Assembly: GCF_964188315.1 (NCBI RefSeq)
Contig: NC_135670.1
Location: 11,408,001-11,472,000, forward strand
Source of the DNA: Podarcis muralis
Taxonomy: Eukaryota
DNA length: 64,000 nucleotides
Direction of reading: 5' to 3'
Each line of letters begins with the position of its first letter. Positions within the stretch are counted from its first letter, which is position 1. The translations under genes and the position numbers were made by a program. A model generated the notes under the pieces. It worked only from the letters and a program-made list of their open reading frames with translations. It was not told the DNA's origin and did no database searches. Shown one piece after another: positions 1 to 11,671 of the stretch.

Positions 1-177
1 GTTGCGGAAGATGAATACTGAGCTAGGTCTTGACTCTGTACAAAGCAGTTTCCTTTTTGCCGCTGGGATAACCCCATTCTTGACACCAAGACTGCTCTCA
101 AATGGTGCTCTCTTGTGATTGAGTTGCAGCCTCCTTTGCTCTCCTCCCCCCAACATAAAAACTCTTCTCCTTTCCAG

Positions 178-229
178 GCAGCGGGTGCGAGAGAAGATAG
201 AGCGCGACAAGGCCGAGAGAGCCAAGAAG
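178..229 (+). CDS. UBXN1: UBX domain protein 1, internal exon (RQRVREKIERDKAERAKK)
   Basis: ttccag acceptor and gtaagc donor; 52 nt; peptide matches the human UBXN1 coiled-coil as recalled. Confidence 0.93.
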
Positions 230-396
230 GTAAGCAAGCAGCAGAGGCTGGGAAAGGGGTGTGCTCTGAGAGTCGTATTTTTGCTTGTGGCTTCCTTCCA
301 CGAGAGATGTGGGCCCCACAGGTGGAAATAAAAAGAATTAAAAATCGAAAGGAATAATCAAGGTAACGGATGTGCTGTCTCCAGTCTGTTCTGTTT

Positions 397-397
397 C

Positions 398-441
<44 letters not shown>
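397..441. repeat. (AAT)n microsatellite; other (ATT)n runs near 18560-18630, 25995-26035, 35409-35441, 44029-44073
   Basis: Read directly. Confidence 0.95.
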
Positions 442-443
<2 letters not shown>

Positions 444-1779
444 CCCTGCTCATCTGGCTGGGTTTTCCCAGCCACTCTGGGCAGCTTCCAACAAAATATT
501 AAAATACAGTAATTCCAATCTCCTCATGGCTGACCCAGAGGGAGAGAAAGGACAGGGGAGCGAGTGAGCTGAGGCTGATTCACATAGCATGTATCCAAGA
601 CTTGGGGAAACGGCCCTCCAAACATTATTGGGCTCCCATTTGCTATCAGCACTGACCGTTGACCATGTGGCCCGGGGCTCATTGGAGCTGGGAGTCCAAA
701 CAGCACCTAGCTATCTGTATTTCAGCACTGCATGCATTTTAATGGAGTATTTGTAGGAGGGATGTTACGGGAGAGAACTTTCAGAAAGGCCTACTCCCAC
801 CTTCCATGCAAAACGGTGGAAGCCAGCAACAAATGCATTGCAAGCTGCTCCTGCTTGTTTGCCCAAGCTCTTAGGCCAAGGCCCTGCCTGTTGGGTAAAC
901 CCTCCAGTGTTGTTAAACTTAAATTGTAGAGTTGGAAGGGACTCCAAGAGTCATATAACAGACCCTGCGTTTATCATCCAAGGCCTTTTTCATGTGCCTC
1001 CTTCACAAACGATCTGAAGGGCGGCAATACAAGAACGGGCCTTTTCTGTGGTGGCTCCCCGCTTGTGGAACGCCCTCCCTGCGGAGGCTCCCTGGGTGCC
1101 TTTGTTACATATCTTTAAGCATCAGCAAAAACATTCCTCTTCTCCCAGGGTTTGACTATTTAAACCATCTATAGCCTTTTAAACTGTGGGGGTGGGAATT
1201 CCTTTTGTTCGTTGCTATGGTATGGACTTCTGTGTTTTCCTATTGTAAAGCACTCTGTGACCCTCGGATGAAGGGTGATGTCAAATTTAATAAATGGTAA
1301 TAGTAATAACAACCTAGTCCAACCCCTTGCAATGAAGCAGTTGCCACTACAGACTCCTTGACAGATGGCCATCCCTCCGCTTAAAATGAAGAAGAGACCA
1401 CCGCTTCTCATGGGAGTCCGTTCCACCATCAAACAGAAAGTTCCAGAACTTTCTGCTGCCAGAAAGTTCTTCCAGATGTTTAGTCGGAATCTCCTTTCTT
1501 GTCTTTTGAATCCATTGATTTCAAATCCCCCCAGAGCACCATCTTCTCTGTGACAGCCCTTTAAATAGCTGAAGACTGCTCTCTGTCTCCTTCTCTGGGC
1601 TAAATGTTGCCCACCTCCCTCAACCGTTCCTCATAAGGCTTGGTTTCCAGACCCTTGATCATCTTATTCGCCCAGCTCTGCACACTTTTCAGCTTGTCAA
1701 TATCCTTACGGGGTCCTCACCGCGGGATCACATTCACCCGGTGTTATACCAGCTGCACTGACTCCCGGTGGAGTACAGG

Positions 1780-2270
1780 ATCAGGTTTAAGGTGCTGGTT
1801 TTTACCTTTAAAGCCCTGTACGGCTTAAGACCCTCGTACCTACGGGACCGCCTCTCCTAGTATGTCCCACAGAGGACCTTACGGTCTTCAAATAAAAACA
1901 TCTTTGAGATCCTGGGCCACAGGGAGGTTAGGCTGGCCTTGACCAGAGCTAGGGCTTTTTCAGCTGTGGCTCCAATCTGGTGGAACGCTCTGTCACAAGA
2001 GACTAGGGCCCTGAGGGACTTGACATCTTTCTGCAGGGCCTGCAAGACAGAGCTGTTCCACCAGGCCTTTGGTCCTCACAGAACTCTAGCCCAATGGTTG
2101 CCATTAATTTGATTTTGAATTGATTTTAGAATGAATTGGTTTTAGAATGCATTTCAATCAATTGATTGTGATTTTATGTAAATTGTGTTACTTTTATTGT
2201 TGTTAGCCGCTCTGAGCCCGGCTTTGGCTGGGGAGGGCGGGATATAAATAAAATTATTATTATTTATCAT
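1780..2270 (+). mobile_element. L2/CR1-clade LINE 3' fragment with (ATT)n tail
   Basis: Degenerate VL.FKAL.GL.P.YL.DRL reverse-transcriptase C-terminus and microsatellite tail. Confidence 0.6.
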
Positions 2271-2386
2271 TAATTTGCGAACAGGGCTTTCTGCCCTAGA
2301 GTGCAAGCCTGCCCTGAGAACATACATCAGGGTGATGCTGGGCGGCAGTCTTTTGTCCACTGACCCACCTCTCCTTTTCAATTCAG

Positions 2387-2515
2387 TTTGGCGGCGGCTG
2401 CAGCAGCTCTTCCCAAGGCTCCACCCTGCCTGAGCAATCGGCCCCCACCCCGGTTCCCTCGTCACCCAGCCAGGAACCCCCCGTCAAGCGAGAGTATGAT
2501 CAATGCAGGATACAG
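2387..2515 (+). CDS. UBXN1: UBXN1 internal exon (FGGGCSS...PVPSSPSQEPPVKREYDQCRIQ)
   Basis: attcag acceptor and gtaac donor; 43 codons, phase 0/0; PVPSSPSQEPP.KREYDQCRIQ motif. Confidence 0.93.
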
Positions 2516-2926
2516 GTAACTGACTGCGGGGCAGGCTGTGTGTTTGTGTTTGTGTGCAGAGAGCTGCTTGTTCCCATCTGTTTCTTGCACACACCATAAG
2601 CCACTCTGCTTGCAACATACAGCCATGTGGTGGCCGGCCTTAACCTTTTGCATTCCTGCCGTAAAAGACTCCCTGAAATCTTCCCTGCCTAATGCAAGCA
2701 GAAGTAGACCGTGCCAGGTTATCAGCGGTCCAGCCATGCAAACTGGAGGAGACTGCAGTTCCAAATTGGTCCCTGCTGTGAGCCTCCTTTCACTTGTCCC
2801 CTTTTAATTTTATTGATCTTAAAATAAATACAGAAGTAGAACCATGTCGGAATGCAATTAACAGAAAATGCAAACAGCAGTTCAAGCTCTTTGCCCAGGA
2901 TGCACAACCAAAAAGGGACAGCCTGA

Positions 2927-3263
2927 TTGTTGTTGTTGTTTAGTCGTTTAGTCGTGTCCGACTCTTCGTGACCCCATGGACCAGAGCACGCCAGGCACTC
3001 CTGTCTTCCACTGCCTCCCGCAGTTTGGTCAAACTCATGCTGGTAACCTCGAAAACACTATCCAACCATCTCGTCCTCTGTCGCCCCCTTCTCCTTGTGC
3101 CCTCCATCTTTCCCAGCATCAGTGTCTTCTCCAGGGAGTCTTCTCTTCTCATGAGATGGCCAAAGTATTGGAGCCTCAGCTTCACGATCTGTCCTTCCAG
3201 TGAGCACTCAGGGCTGATTTCCTTAAGAATGGATGCGTTTGATCTTCTTGCAGTCCATGGGAC
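2927..3263 (-). mobile_element. BovB (RTE) LINE 3' fragment with (CAA)n tail
   Basis: WTARRSN...LQYFGHLMRREDSLEKTLMLGK...RWLD...VHGVTKSRTRLND. Confidence 0.93.
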
Positions 3264-4350
3264 GTTAGATAATACTAAATCTATACATCCTATTCTTTGA
3301 TCCTTATTGGCACATCTCATAAAACCTGTCAGAGAGTAAAGAAGGGGTATTCCCCGGGACCCACACAAAGGATAATGGGAATATGAACCTACTTTTTCCA
3401 AAATAATGGTAATATTTCTTAGTGTTTCTGTAGTGCTTTCAAGTACTTCGGTGTAATATCTAGCTGTAATCCTTACACAACAACCCTGCAAGATATTATT
3501 ATTCACCACATTGCAGATGGGCTGGTGGGGGGGGTGGACTGAGATTGAGGGCTTGCTTAGTAAGGCCACCTAGTATTTTCATGGCAGAGGCAAGGCTCCA
3601 GATGTTGACTTCCTGACTGCAGCTCAGTATACTTTGCATGCAGAAATCACCAGGTCCAGTTCCTGGCATCTCCCAGTAGGGCTGGGGAGCCACTCCCTTC
3701 CGAAACCCTGCAAAGCTGCTGCCGGTCAGTGTAGACAGTACTGAGCTGGATGGACCAATGGTCTGACTAAGGAAAGGCAGCTTCTGTGGCTTCCTGATGA
3801 TTTTCTGGAGTTCGTGGTGGTGTCACTTGAGGTAGCTTTAGGCAGGTCCCTACTTCTGATCTCCATCCCCACATTTGCAACAAAATAGGGATGATGATGA
3901 TGATGATGATCATCATCATCATCTACCCTGTGGTTAAGGATTATCAAGAGTGTGTGCAGGAAGCATATGAACCACATAAAGCACTAACAATCCTTAAACC
4001 TTAACATTCTTAATTATTAAAGAAATAAGCAATTACCATTGCATGGTTGAAACCTTTGGCAGATAAGAAATCTCCAAGTTCTGAATGAGGGTCTTTAGTA
4101 AAAACAACAACACAACAACTTAAAATTACATGTGCATTGTCATCCCAATGGCTGCAGTTAAGATTAACCACAGTTTAGGGTTCAGGTGTAACGCTAAACC
4201 GCAGCTAGCCAAAAACGTACGTTTTCCCATCTCCCCTTGGCCGTGCTGGAAGGAGAGGGAGGACAGCCCAGAAGCCCCAAGGCTTATTCATGTTCATGGA
4301 TGCGACAATCATGCACCATTTCAGATCCTCTCCCCCTCTCTTTTCCTCAG

Positions 4351-4534
4351 GTGAGACTGCTGGACGGCACGTCGCTCACCCAGACGTTTCGAGCCAAAGA
4401 GCAGCTGGCCGCCGTCCGGCTCTACGTGGAGCTGAACCGCAAGGACAATGGTGACGAGCCTTTCCACCTCCTCACCAGCTTCCCGCGGCGTGTCTTCACT
4501 GAGGAGGACATGGAGAAGCCCCTGCAGGAGCTGG
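4351..4534 (+). CDS. UBXN1: UBXN1 UBX-domain exon ([27 protein letters not shown]...[18 protein letters not shown])
   Basis: cctcag acceptor and gtgagt donor; UBX R...FPR signature. Confidence 0.95.
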
Positions 4535-4730
4535 GTGAGTCTGAGATTGCTGGGGCAGGAAGAGGGAAGGGGGTGAGGGTTGCTTGGAGTGTTTCCCTCC
4601 TGCTACTCCGTGGAGGATGGAGGAATTCTTGGGCAGGCGCTGGGAACCTCTGGGTCACGAGCCCAGTTTGTCCCAGCACAGCTCCCAGTTTGGCCTACGA
4701 TGCCCACCAAGCTACGTCCCGCTCCTAATA

Positions 4731-4947
4731 CAGTGGTACCTCGGGTTAAGTACTTAATTCGTTCCAGAGGACTGTTCATAACCTGAAGCGCCACTTTAGC
4801 TAATGGGGCCTCCCGCTGCCGCTGGAGCACGATTTCTGTTCTCATTCTGAAGCAAAGTTCTTAACCCGAGGTACTATTTCTGGGTTGGTGGAGTCTGTAG
4901 CCTGAAGCGTATGTAACCTGAAGCGTATGTAACCCGAGGTACCACTG
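4731..4947. mobile_element. Tc1/mariner (pogo/Tigger-like) MITE; further copies 5774-5999, 12390-12631, 18259-18469, 25653-25894, 36616-36809, 44201-44597, 45392-45614
   Basis: TIR CAGTGGTACCTC, TA target duplication, shared internal sequence. Confidence 0.88.
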
Positions 4948-6122
4948 TACCTTATGTGACGTCAGGTAGAGATGCAGTCGGTCAGGCTGTGTGTGGGGAG
5001 CTCAGTTGCGCAGCCAGTCCCTGCAGAAAGCAGGCTTGAAATCATTGCCTATTAGCTCACACGTTTTGACTTCAAGCTTGTGAATTAGTTGTGTGCTGTA
5101 TAAAGCGCTTGCAAGCCCAAAGTCCTGACAATCGTCACCCCAAGTCAGGTGATTGACAGATGAGCCAGGGGAGATGAGGACCCGCCCCCCGGCAACACCA
5201 GGTTCCCGAACCATCCTAGGCCAAAGCACTGTCTGTTGAAAGCTGACCCATTTTATGCTACATCTAAGAACAGAGAGAGCCTGTACCAGAGGAACTGGTG
5301 ACCTAATTTTTTTAGTTGCTGTTTTGTTAATATTGTTTTATAGATTCTAAGTGCCATGTTGATTTGTTGACCATATGATATGACTTTTGCTGTAAATGTG
5401 ATGGTTAGCTTTTTTTTTAGTTCATTTTGTTAATAGCGTTTTATAGGTTGCAATTGTTTTATTGAGGATTTGTTAATTATTTCATACGATTCACGCTGCA
5501 TTACGTTATTATGTATTGTTGGTAAGCCGTTTTGAGATCCATTTGAATGAAAAGCAGCCTAGAAATACATCAACTCAACCCAGAAGCTGCTGAACTCCAG
5601 CTCCCATCAGCCTCTGCCAGAATGGCCCAATGCTCAGGATGGGAGTTGCAGTCCACCAATATCTGGAGAGCCAGTTTTCCCCCAGACGCAATTGGAACAC
5701 ACACATTTCATCATCCCCGACTGTTGCCTGGCCCAGTTCTAGGGAGCCAGTTCCCAACTTCACCAGAACAGTACAGTGGTACCTCGGGTTACATACACTT
5801 CAGGTTACAGACTCCGCTAACCCAGAAATAGTACCTCGGGTTAAGAACTTTGCTTCAGGATGAGAACTGAAATTGTGCTCCAGCGGCGCAGTGGCAGCAG
5901 GAGGCCCCATTAGCTAAAGTGGTGCTTCAGGCTAAGAACAGTTTCAGGTTAAGAACAGACCTCCAGAACAAATTAAGTACTTAACCCGAGGTACCACTGT
6001 ACATAAATATTGACTGTTTTGCTTTGACCCAAAGTTCTAACACCACATAGGCCCTGCTAACTGCTGAATGTGAGTTTTCCCCATTACCTCCCACTCTCTG
6101 CCTCTCTCTGTCTCCTCTGTAG

Positions 6123-6172
6123 GTTTGGTGCCTTCTGCTGTGTTGATCGTAGCGAAGAAAGGCAACAGCTGA
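6123..6172 (+). CDS. UBXN1: UBXN1 last coding exon (GLVPSAVLIVAKKGNS*)
   Basis: ctgtag acceptor; phase 1 continues the previous exon; AATAAA at 6479-6484. Confidence 0.93.
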
Positions 6173-6640
6173 AGTGGCTCTCCTCCTCGCTCTCTCAGCC
6201 CCCTCCTTCCCTTGCTGCCGGAGGTGACTCTCACCTGACCCATGTGCTCTGTCTCTGGGGGAAGCGCACATGCCAGCCCCTCCTGGTTTTCCTAACCAAC
6301 TCTGCCCACAGAGACTCCAAAGCACCACCATGTCTTGGGGCTGGGATTCCGAATCAATGGCGACGATCGGGGTGGGGTTGGATGCGATGGAGAAAAGTGT
6401 TGGGCTTCCCCTCCTGTCGGGGAGGGAGGGGCAAGGTTGCAACTTGACTTCCTCTCTTCATGCCACACACACACCATGAATAAAACCTATTCTCTCTTTC
6501 CTTGCTTCTTGCGAGAATTCTTTAATCCCATTTGTTAACAGGTAGGGCACTCGGAGTCATCTAGTTGGCATTGGGAGGGCAGTGCCTGGGGCTCTCATCC
6601 AGGAAAAGGCTGCTATCCTGCCTTGTCTCTCTACTCCGGG

Positions 6641-7798
6641 GTAAAGGTAAAGGGACCCCTGACTGTTAGGTCTAGTCGTGACCGACTCTGGGGTTGCGGC
6701 ACTCATCTCACTTTATTGGCCGAGGGAGCCGGCGTACAGCTTCCGGGTCATGTGGCCAGCATGACTAAGCCGCTTCTGGCAACAGAGCTGTCAGCGGCTG
6801 CCTCAGGTCCCAGCTCACAAAGGACCAACGCCAGTTGCTCTTTATAAACAAAAGTCTTTATTGTGGTTCATTGTTGGTTTGATATCCGTGGCGCGCAGCG
6901 CTACGTCTGAGTCCTTAGACCGGCGAAGTCCCGTCTGAATCCGCCCCTCCTTTACACCAGTTCAATACCCGAGCTTTGCTCCACCTCTTCCTTTCCTCCC
7001 TCTGCTCCTTTCGCCTCCGGGTCCTCCTGCCCTCTGGGGTCCCAACCCTCCTGGACTCTTCGGAGGCGGATTCTTCTGACTCCTCCCCCTGTCTCCGGCG
7101 GGCTTTGGGACCTGGCTCCCAATCCGGATTTTCTGCTGTCCCTCGCGCCTCTACATTTGAACTTGGCGCGCGCGCCCAGCCGCCCACTTTCCTCCTAACG
7201 GCTACACTGCTCCCTTCACTGCTTTCTCCTTCAGGGAGGCTGGCCGGCCCTGCTCTCTCCTCCGCCCCTCCACTCTCTGACGGAGGCTTGGTCAGTCCTG
7301 CCTCCCTCTCCTCCTGCAGGAGGAGGCTTTTGTTCTAATCTGTGGGATTCTTCCCCCCCCCCCCGCTGCGCTCTGGTGGGGAAGCTACCCCTGATTTCCA
7401 GCTGCCGCTTGGCGACTCCCCACTGGCCCCCCTTGCCCTGACCCTGGGGGCCTCCTTCTGGGAATCTTCTGATTCGCTGGAGAGACTCAGGGAATCTCTC
7501 TGGTCACTGTCACACCCTCCTGCGCTCCCCTCCGATTGTTCCCCTTCGCTCTCCATCTCCTCCTTCTCCTGTGGCTCAGTCCCTGAGCCCCTGACAAGAG
7601 CGCACGGAAACGCTGTTTACCTTCCCGCCAGAGCGGTACCTATTTATCTACTTGCACTTTGACAGGCTTTCAAACTGCTAGGTTGGCAGGAGCTGGGACT
7701 GAGCAACGGGAGCTCACCCCGTCACGGGGATTTGAACCGCCGACCTTCTGATCGGCAAGTCCTAGGCTTTGGTTAACCCACAGCGCCACCCACGTCCC
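6641..7798 (-). mobile_element. Sauria SINE split by a solo LTR
   Basis: tRNA-like head, (ACCTTT)n tail, flanking TSD tctactccgggg. Confidence 0.9.
6789..7596 (-). mobile_element. Solo LTR (808 bp, Gypsy/ERV-like)
   Basis: TGTCAG...CTGACA termini; 5-bp TSD AGAGC; AATAAA near the 3' end on the minus strand. Confidence 0.85.
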
Positions 7799-9452
7799 TT
7801 CTACTCCGGGGACTTTGATGTATTTAATAGGTTTTTTAAAAAACAACAACTGAACTTTCTAAAAAGAAAGAAAAATGCAGACAATGCAAACCAAATCTGT
7901 GGGTACAAGCAAAGGGAGGAAAGCTGGTGGTCCAGACCAACCCAGCGCTCAACCCAGAATAGATCTGTACAAAGAATCCAGATATCAGAGAATTTCCTGG
8001 TCACCTTCTCATATGCTGCCAGTTGAGTCATGGCTTTTGTCCTCTGTAGGGGTGGTGAGGATGTCACCTTTCTGTATTAGAGTGTTAGACATTTAGCCAC
8101 CCTGAGTGCCCTTAGAAGCCATTTACATAGTCCCTCTGTCAGGTTCCAGAAGACTGGTGCATAATTCAAGAGAACATCCATAAATCTCAAGGTGCTGAAA
8201 ACTGTATTTATGCCGCTGATGACCTCTGGCCAAAAGGGTGTGACTTCATGTATTCATGAATGAAGTTTCTACCACACTCTCCCCTCCCAAGCAATTAAAA
8301 ATGTAGTAAAGAACATACTTTGAAACACCCCTTCATCATTGTCAGCTTTTAGGCACCAGGTTAAGACAATTGTATATACCAGGCCTTTGATAGTTAAATT
8401 AGCCTCTACAATGGTATTCACATTTTTGTAGGCTCAGATTATCATTTTAGGAATTTTGTGTTGTACATCATTTTAATTATTTCTGGTTTTTATATTGTGT
8501 TTTTTATTTTTTTAAGTTGCTTTGAGACTTCCTGTCTAAAGCAATTGACAAATGTAATGAATAGCAACAATTTTAAAACATTAACATCTGAAAGCTTTTT
8601 AAAAAACCAGCCACTTGCCCTCTAAAGTTCCTAGAAACTACATACCAGATATCAAAAGACCTGGGTGAAGAGGACTGTTTTTAAATGCCACCTGATTGCT
8701 CATAATGAGGAAGACAGATGCATCTCAATGGGGGGGGGATTACACAAATGAGGAGCCACCACTGAGAAGGCCATGCTGCTTATGGGGGTCACTGCCAATT
8801 GGACAAACCTTCCATCAGGGTCCTGGATGGTTGGTATTTGAGCTGCTATTTTAGATGTCATGTTGTGCAATTGTAGGAATTGGTGTGTCTTGCAACTGCA
8901 GCAGCCTCTTTTAACAGCACTCAACAATTAGTTTTGCATCCTTTTAAATCCCCTATTGAAGCCAGTGGCCCTCCTTGACCTCTTTCACAAATTGTGTTGT
9001 GGGAGGGAGCAAGGAACCTCTTCCTTCCACTTCTCTTTGCATGCTGCTGCAATTAAGATAAAAACCAGGGAGGGGGACCCCTAAGTGAAACTATAGCCCC
9101 TGATGCGGAAACAGAGCTTGATTTAATTAAAACAAATCCAGTTAAATATTTACATAGAATACATGGTGCTTAGGGTTGGGTTTTTTTAATGCAGGAGGAA
9201 GCAGATTTTCTCCCCTCCCAGCTATGACATACATCACAGCTTCTACTGACAATCTCCGTCGTAAGGAAAGCATGATATGCTAAAGTCTCTGCAGAGGGTG
9301 CACGGTGCCTTCTTGGCATATAAACCAGCTTGCCACGGACATCGCAAACAAATCCAGGGTATTTCCCTCCATTAGTCTTTTATTGGCTACGGTCTGAACT
9401 GCTGCCAGATCCGGAAAAAGATTATGTGCATCCAGTAATGGGGTATTGCTAT

Positions 9453-9517
9453 TCACTCATCTTTCTTGTAGCTTCCAACTGGGTTTATCCACACAGTAAC
9501 ACCCCAACAGAAGAGAC
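9453..9517 (-). CDS. DMAC1: DMAC1 (TMEM261) exon 2 (CLFCWGVTVWINPVGSYKKDE*)
   Basis: Pyrimidine tract plus CAG acceptor; phase 1; WG-hydrophobic-P tail like human GIATWGIVVMADP; AATAAA at 9379-9384 (-). Confidence 0.8.
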
Positions 9518-9948
9518 CTGGAAGGGAGAAAAAGAAAAGCGTGTGAGGGGTGTGGCCTGAGGAAGAGTTCCAAGGGCCAGATAGAGGGGCCCATTTGGCC
9601 CCCTGGTCCTGAGGTTTCCCACTCTTGATCTTAAGTCAGCCAAGGATGTATGCCACAAACAGCAGGAAGAAACAAAGGGTGCCAGTGGCAGAGCTGACTT
9701 CGAAATAGACATCGCCAATACCCCGCAAGACGAGGGAAGAGAAATGATTGCTAGTCTATCTGATTTAAGGGCAGATTTCCTGCCCCACATATGTTGAATG
9801 ATAACTAGGAGAGAGATTAGCACTCCCACTGAATCAACTTTCCCAAGTACAGTTTGTGGGGGAGGGGTCACCCTAGAAAATAAGGTGCACCTCTCAGCAT
9901 AGATCAACCTCTGAATAAGAAATGGGCCTCAGTAATCAGAGCAGTAAT

Positions 9949-10305
9949 GGGACGCGGGTGGCGCTGTGGGTAAAAGCCTCAGCGCCTAGGGCTTGCCGAT
10001 CGAAAGGTCGGCAGTTCGAATCCCCGCGGCGAGGTGCGCTCCCGTCGTTCGGTCCCAGCGCCTGCCAACCTAGCAGTTCGAAAGCACCTCCGGGTGCATG
10101 TAGATAAATAGGGACCGCTTACTGGCGGGAAGGTAAACGGTGTTCCGTGTGCGGCTCTGGCTCGCCAGAGCAGCGATGTCACGCTGGCCACGTGACCCGG
10201 AAGTGTCTCCGGACAGCACTGGCCCCCGGCCTCTTGAGTGAGATGGGCGCACAACCCTAGAGTCTGTCAAGAGTGGCCCGTACGGGCAGGGGTACCTTTA
10301 CCTTT
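9949..10305 (+). mobile_element. Full-length Sauria SINE in the DMAC1 intron
   Basis: Head, body and ACCTTT tail; TSD taatcagagcagt. Confidence 0.92.
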
Positions 10306-10794
10306 AATCAGAGCAGTGGAAGATAAAAGTAATGACAATGGTTATTCACCATGACAACAGAGCACCCATGGTCAACAGCTGTCTACCCACTGAGGGCCAG
10401 GTGCTGGGAACAAACAGGGTGGGAGAGGGACGAATGCCCTGACGCCCAGCTGAAGAGCTAATAAAACACCTGGCCGTAAAGAAGTCGCTGGCCTAGACAG
10501 GGATCTGATTACTGAGGCCCATGCTCACAGAAGGTCCCAGGGGCTGAATCCCCCAAAGGCATCCCCAGAAAGGGCTTCCTATGCTCCCGTCTGAAAATAG
10601 TGGCTTCAGTTCACAACCATGAGGACTAGAAACTTAACTTTTCCAAGAAGCAGAGGCAGTGGGTGCCCCCTGGGACTGGCAAGGTAAGGTCTGAAATCCA
10701 CACCAACTGGCTCAGAAAGGCAGACCTAGGTACCTATATGCTCAGAGGCAACATCACCCAAATGTCAGTCTCCCAGTCGGTCCTGGCACTGAGC

Positions 10795-11327
10795 CCAGGG
10801 CCAGATTTATGTATATGCTAAACAAGCTATAGCTTAGGTCCCCCGTCACTTGGAGGCCCCCCAAAAAATTAAAAGAAAAAAACTGGATGTACATTTCTAA
10901 AATATAAGGTAAAAAACAAATAAAATAAAACCTACATACAGCAAGAGTGTTTTGTGTTGTGTAGGCTCCTATGATGTAAGTAATGGGCCCTGCCTGCTAG
11001 CCTGCTCCCTAAAATATCACTGGTTTGCTCCTTTCTATATATAGGGTGCCTACATTCTGCATGGACTGGTTGCAGGGCAACATGTAGCATGCAGCTGCAG
11101 GCTGCAGTGCAGCACAGTTGAATGTAGTAAGTCAAGCTGTTGTACCTGCTATCTAATATTAAAGAGTGCTTGCAGACTGATGATCAGGCAGCACAGACTA
11201 AGGGTACGAGCATATATTCAACACACAAAAACAGCGACAATTTGTTGTTGACAAAGGACAGCTGGACACATAAAGGGTCCCATTACCTTCAGTAGCTTAG
11301 GGCCTCATCAAGCCTAAATCCGGCCCT
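10795..11327. mobile_element. Non-autonomous hAT element in the DMAC1 intron
   Basis: TIR AGGGCC(A/G)GATTTA; approximately 8-bp TSD (a/c)ctgagcc. Confidence 0.65.
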
Positions 11328-11413
11328 CCTGAGCCGCAGCTCAGCCTGGAGCCGCCGCGCCCCCCCCCGCCCCCAGAATTGGGCTCCCGCCCCTCTCTGC
11401 GCCCCCCACTTAC

Positions 11414-11612
11414 AGACGGCGAAGGTCATCTGGGCGATGTTGCCCATGCTGGGGGGGATCCTGTGGCTCATAATCCGGAGGGGCCCCGAATAGACGAACA
11501 AGGAGGAGGCGATCAGCGCCCCCCCGCTCAGGGCGCGGCAGCTGAAGCAGGACCAGAAAAAGGACCGTTTCTGCTCCGGTGAGGAAGCGGCGCGCTCGAC
11601 GCTGGAAGACAT
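11414..11612 (-). CDS. DMAC1: DMAC1 distal membrane-arm assembly component 1, exon 1 (MSSSVERAASSPEQKRSFFWSCFSCRALSGGAL...PPSMGNIAQMTFAV); 87 aa in total
   Basis: CxSCRxLSG motif and PPS..I.QM segment of DMAC1/DUF4536; GTAAGT donor; CpG island. Confidence 0.85.
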
Positions 11613-11630
11613 GCCGCGGCTTTCCTGCGG

Positions 11631-11671
11631 GGGCGGGAAGATGGCGGCGCCCAGGACACCGCGCCGGAAGC
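11631..11671 (-). promoter_or_regulatory. DMAC1 CpG promoter/5'UTR: GC box, YY1 site (aagatggcggc 11638-11648), ETS/GABPA site (ccggaag 11664-11670)
   Basis: Consensus motif matches inside a CpG island just upstream of the ATG. Confidence 0.55.

Noticed and set aside
2940-3569. 209-aa ORF as a gene
   Set aside because: Only the C-terminal half is BovB reverse-transcriptase tail; the N-terminal half is chance read-through into flanking DNA
9922-10270. Recurrent ORFs in Sauria SINE copies, and tRNA-like SINE heads
   Set aside because: Repeat-derived; the heads do not complete a cloverleaf, so they are not tRNA genes
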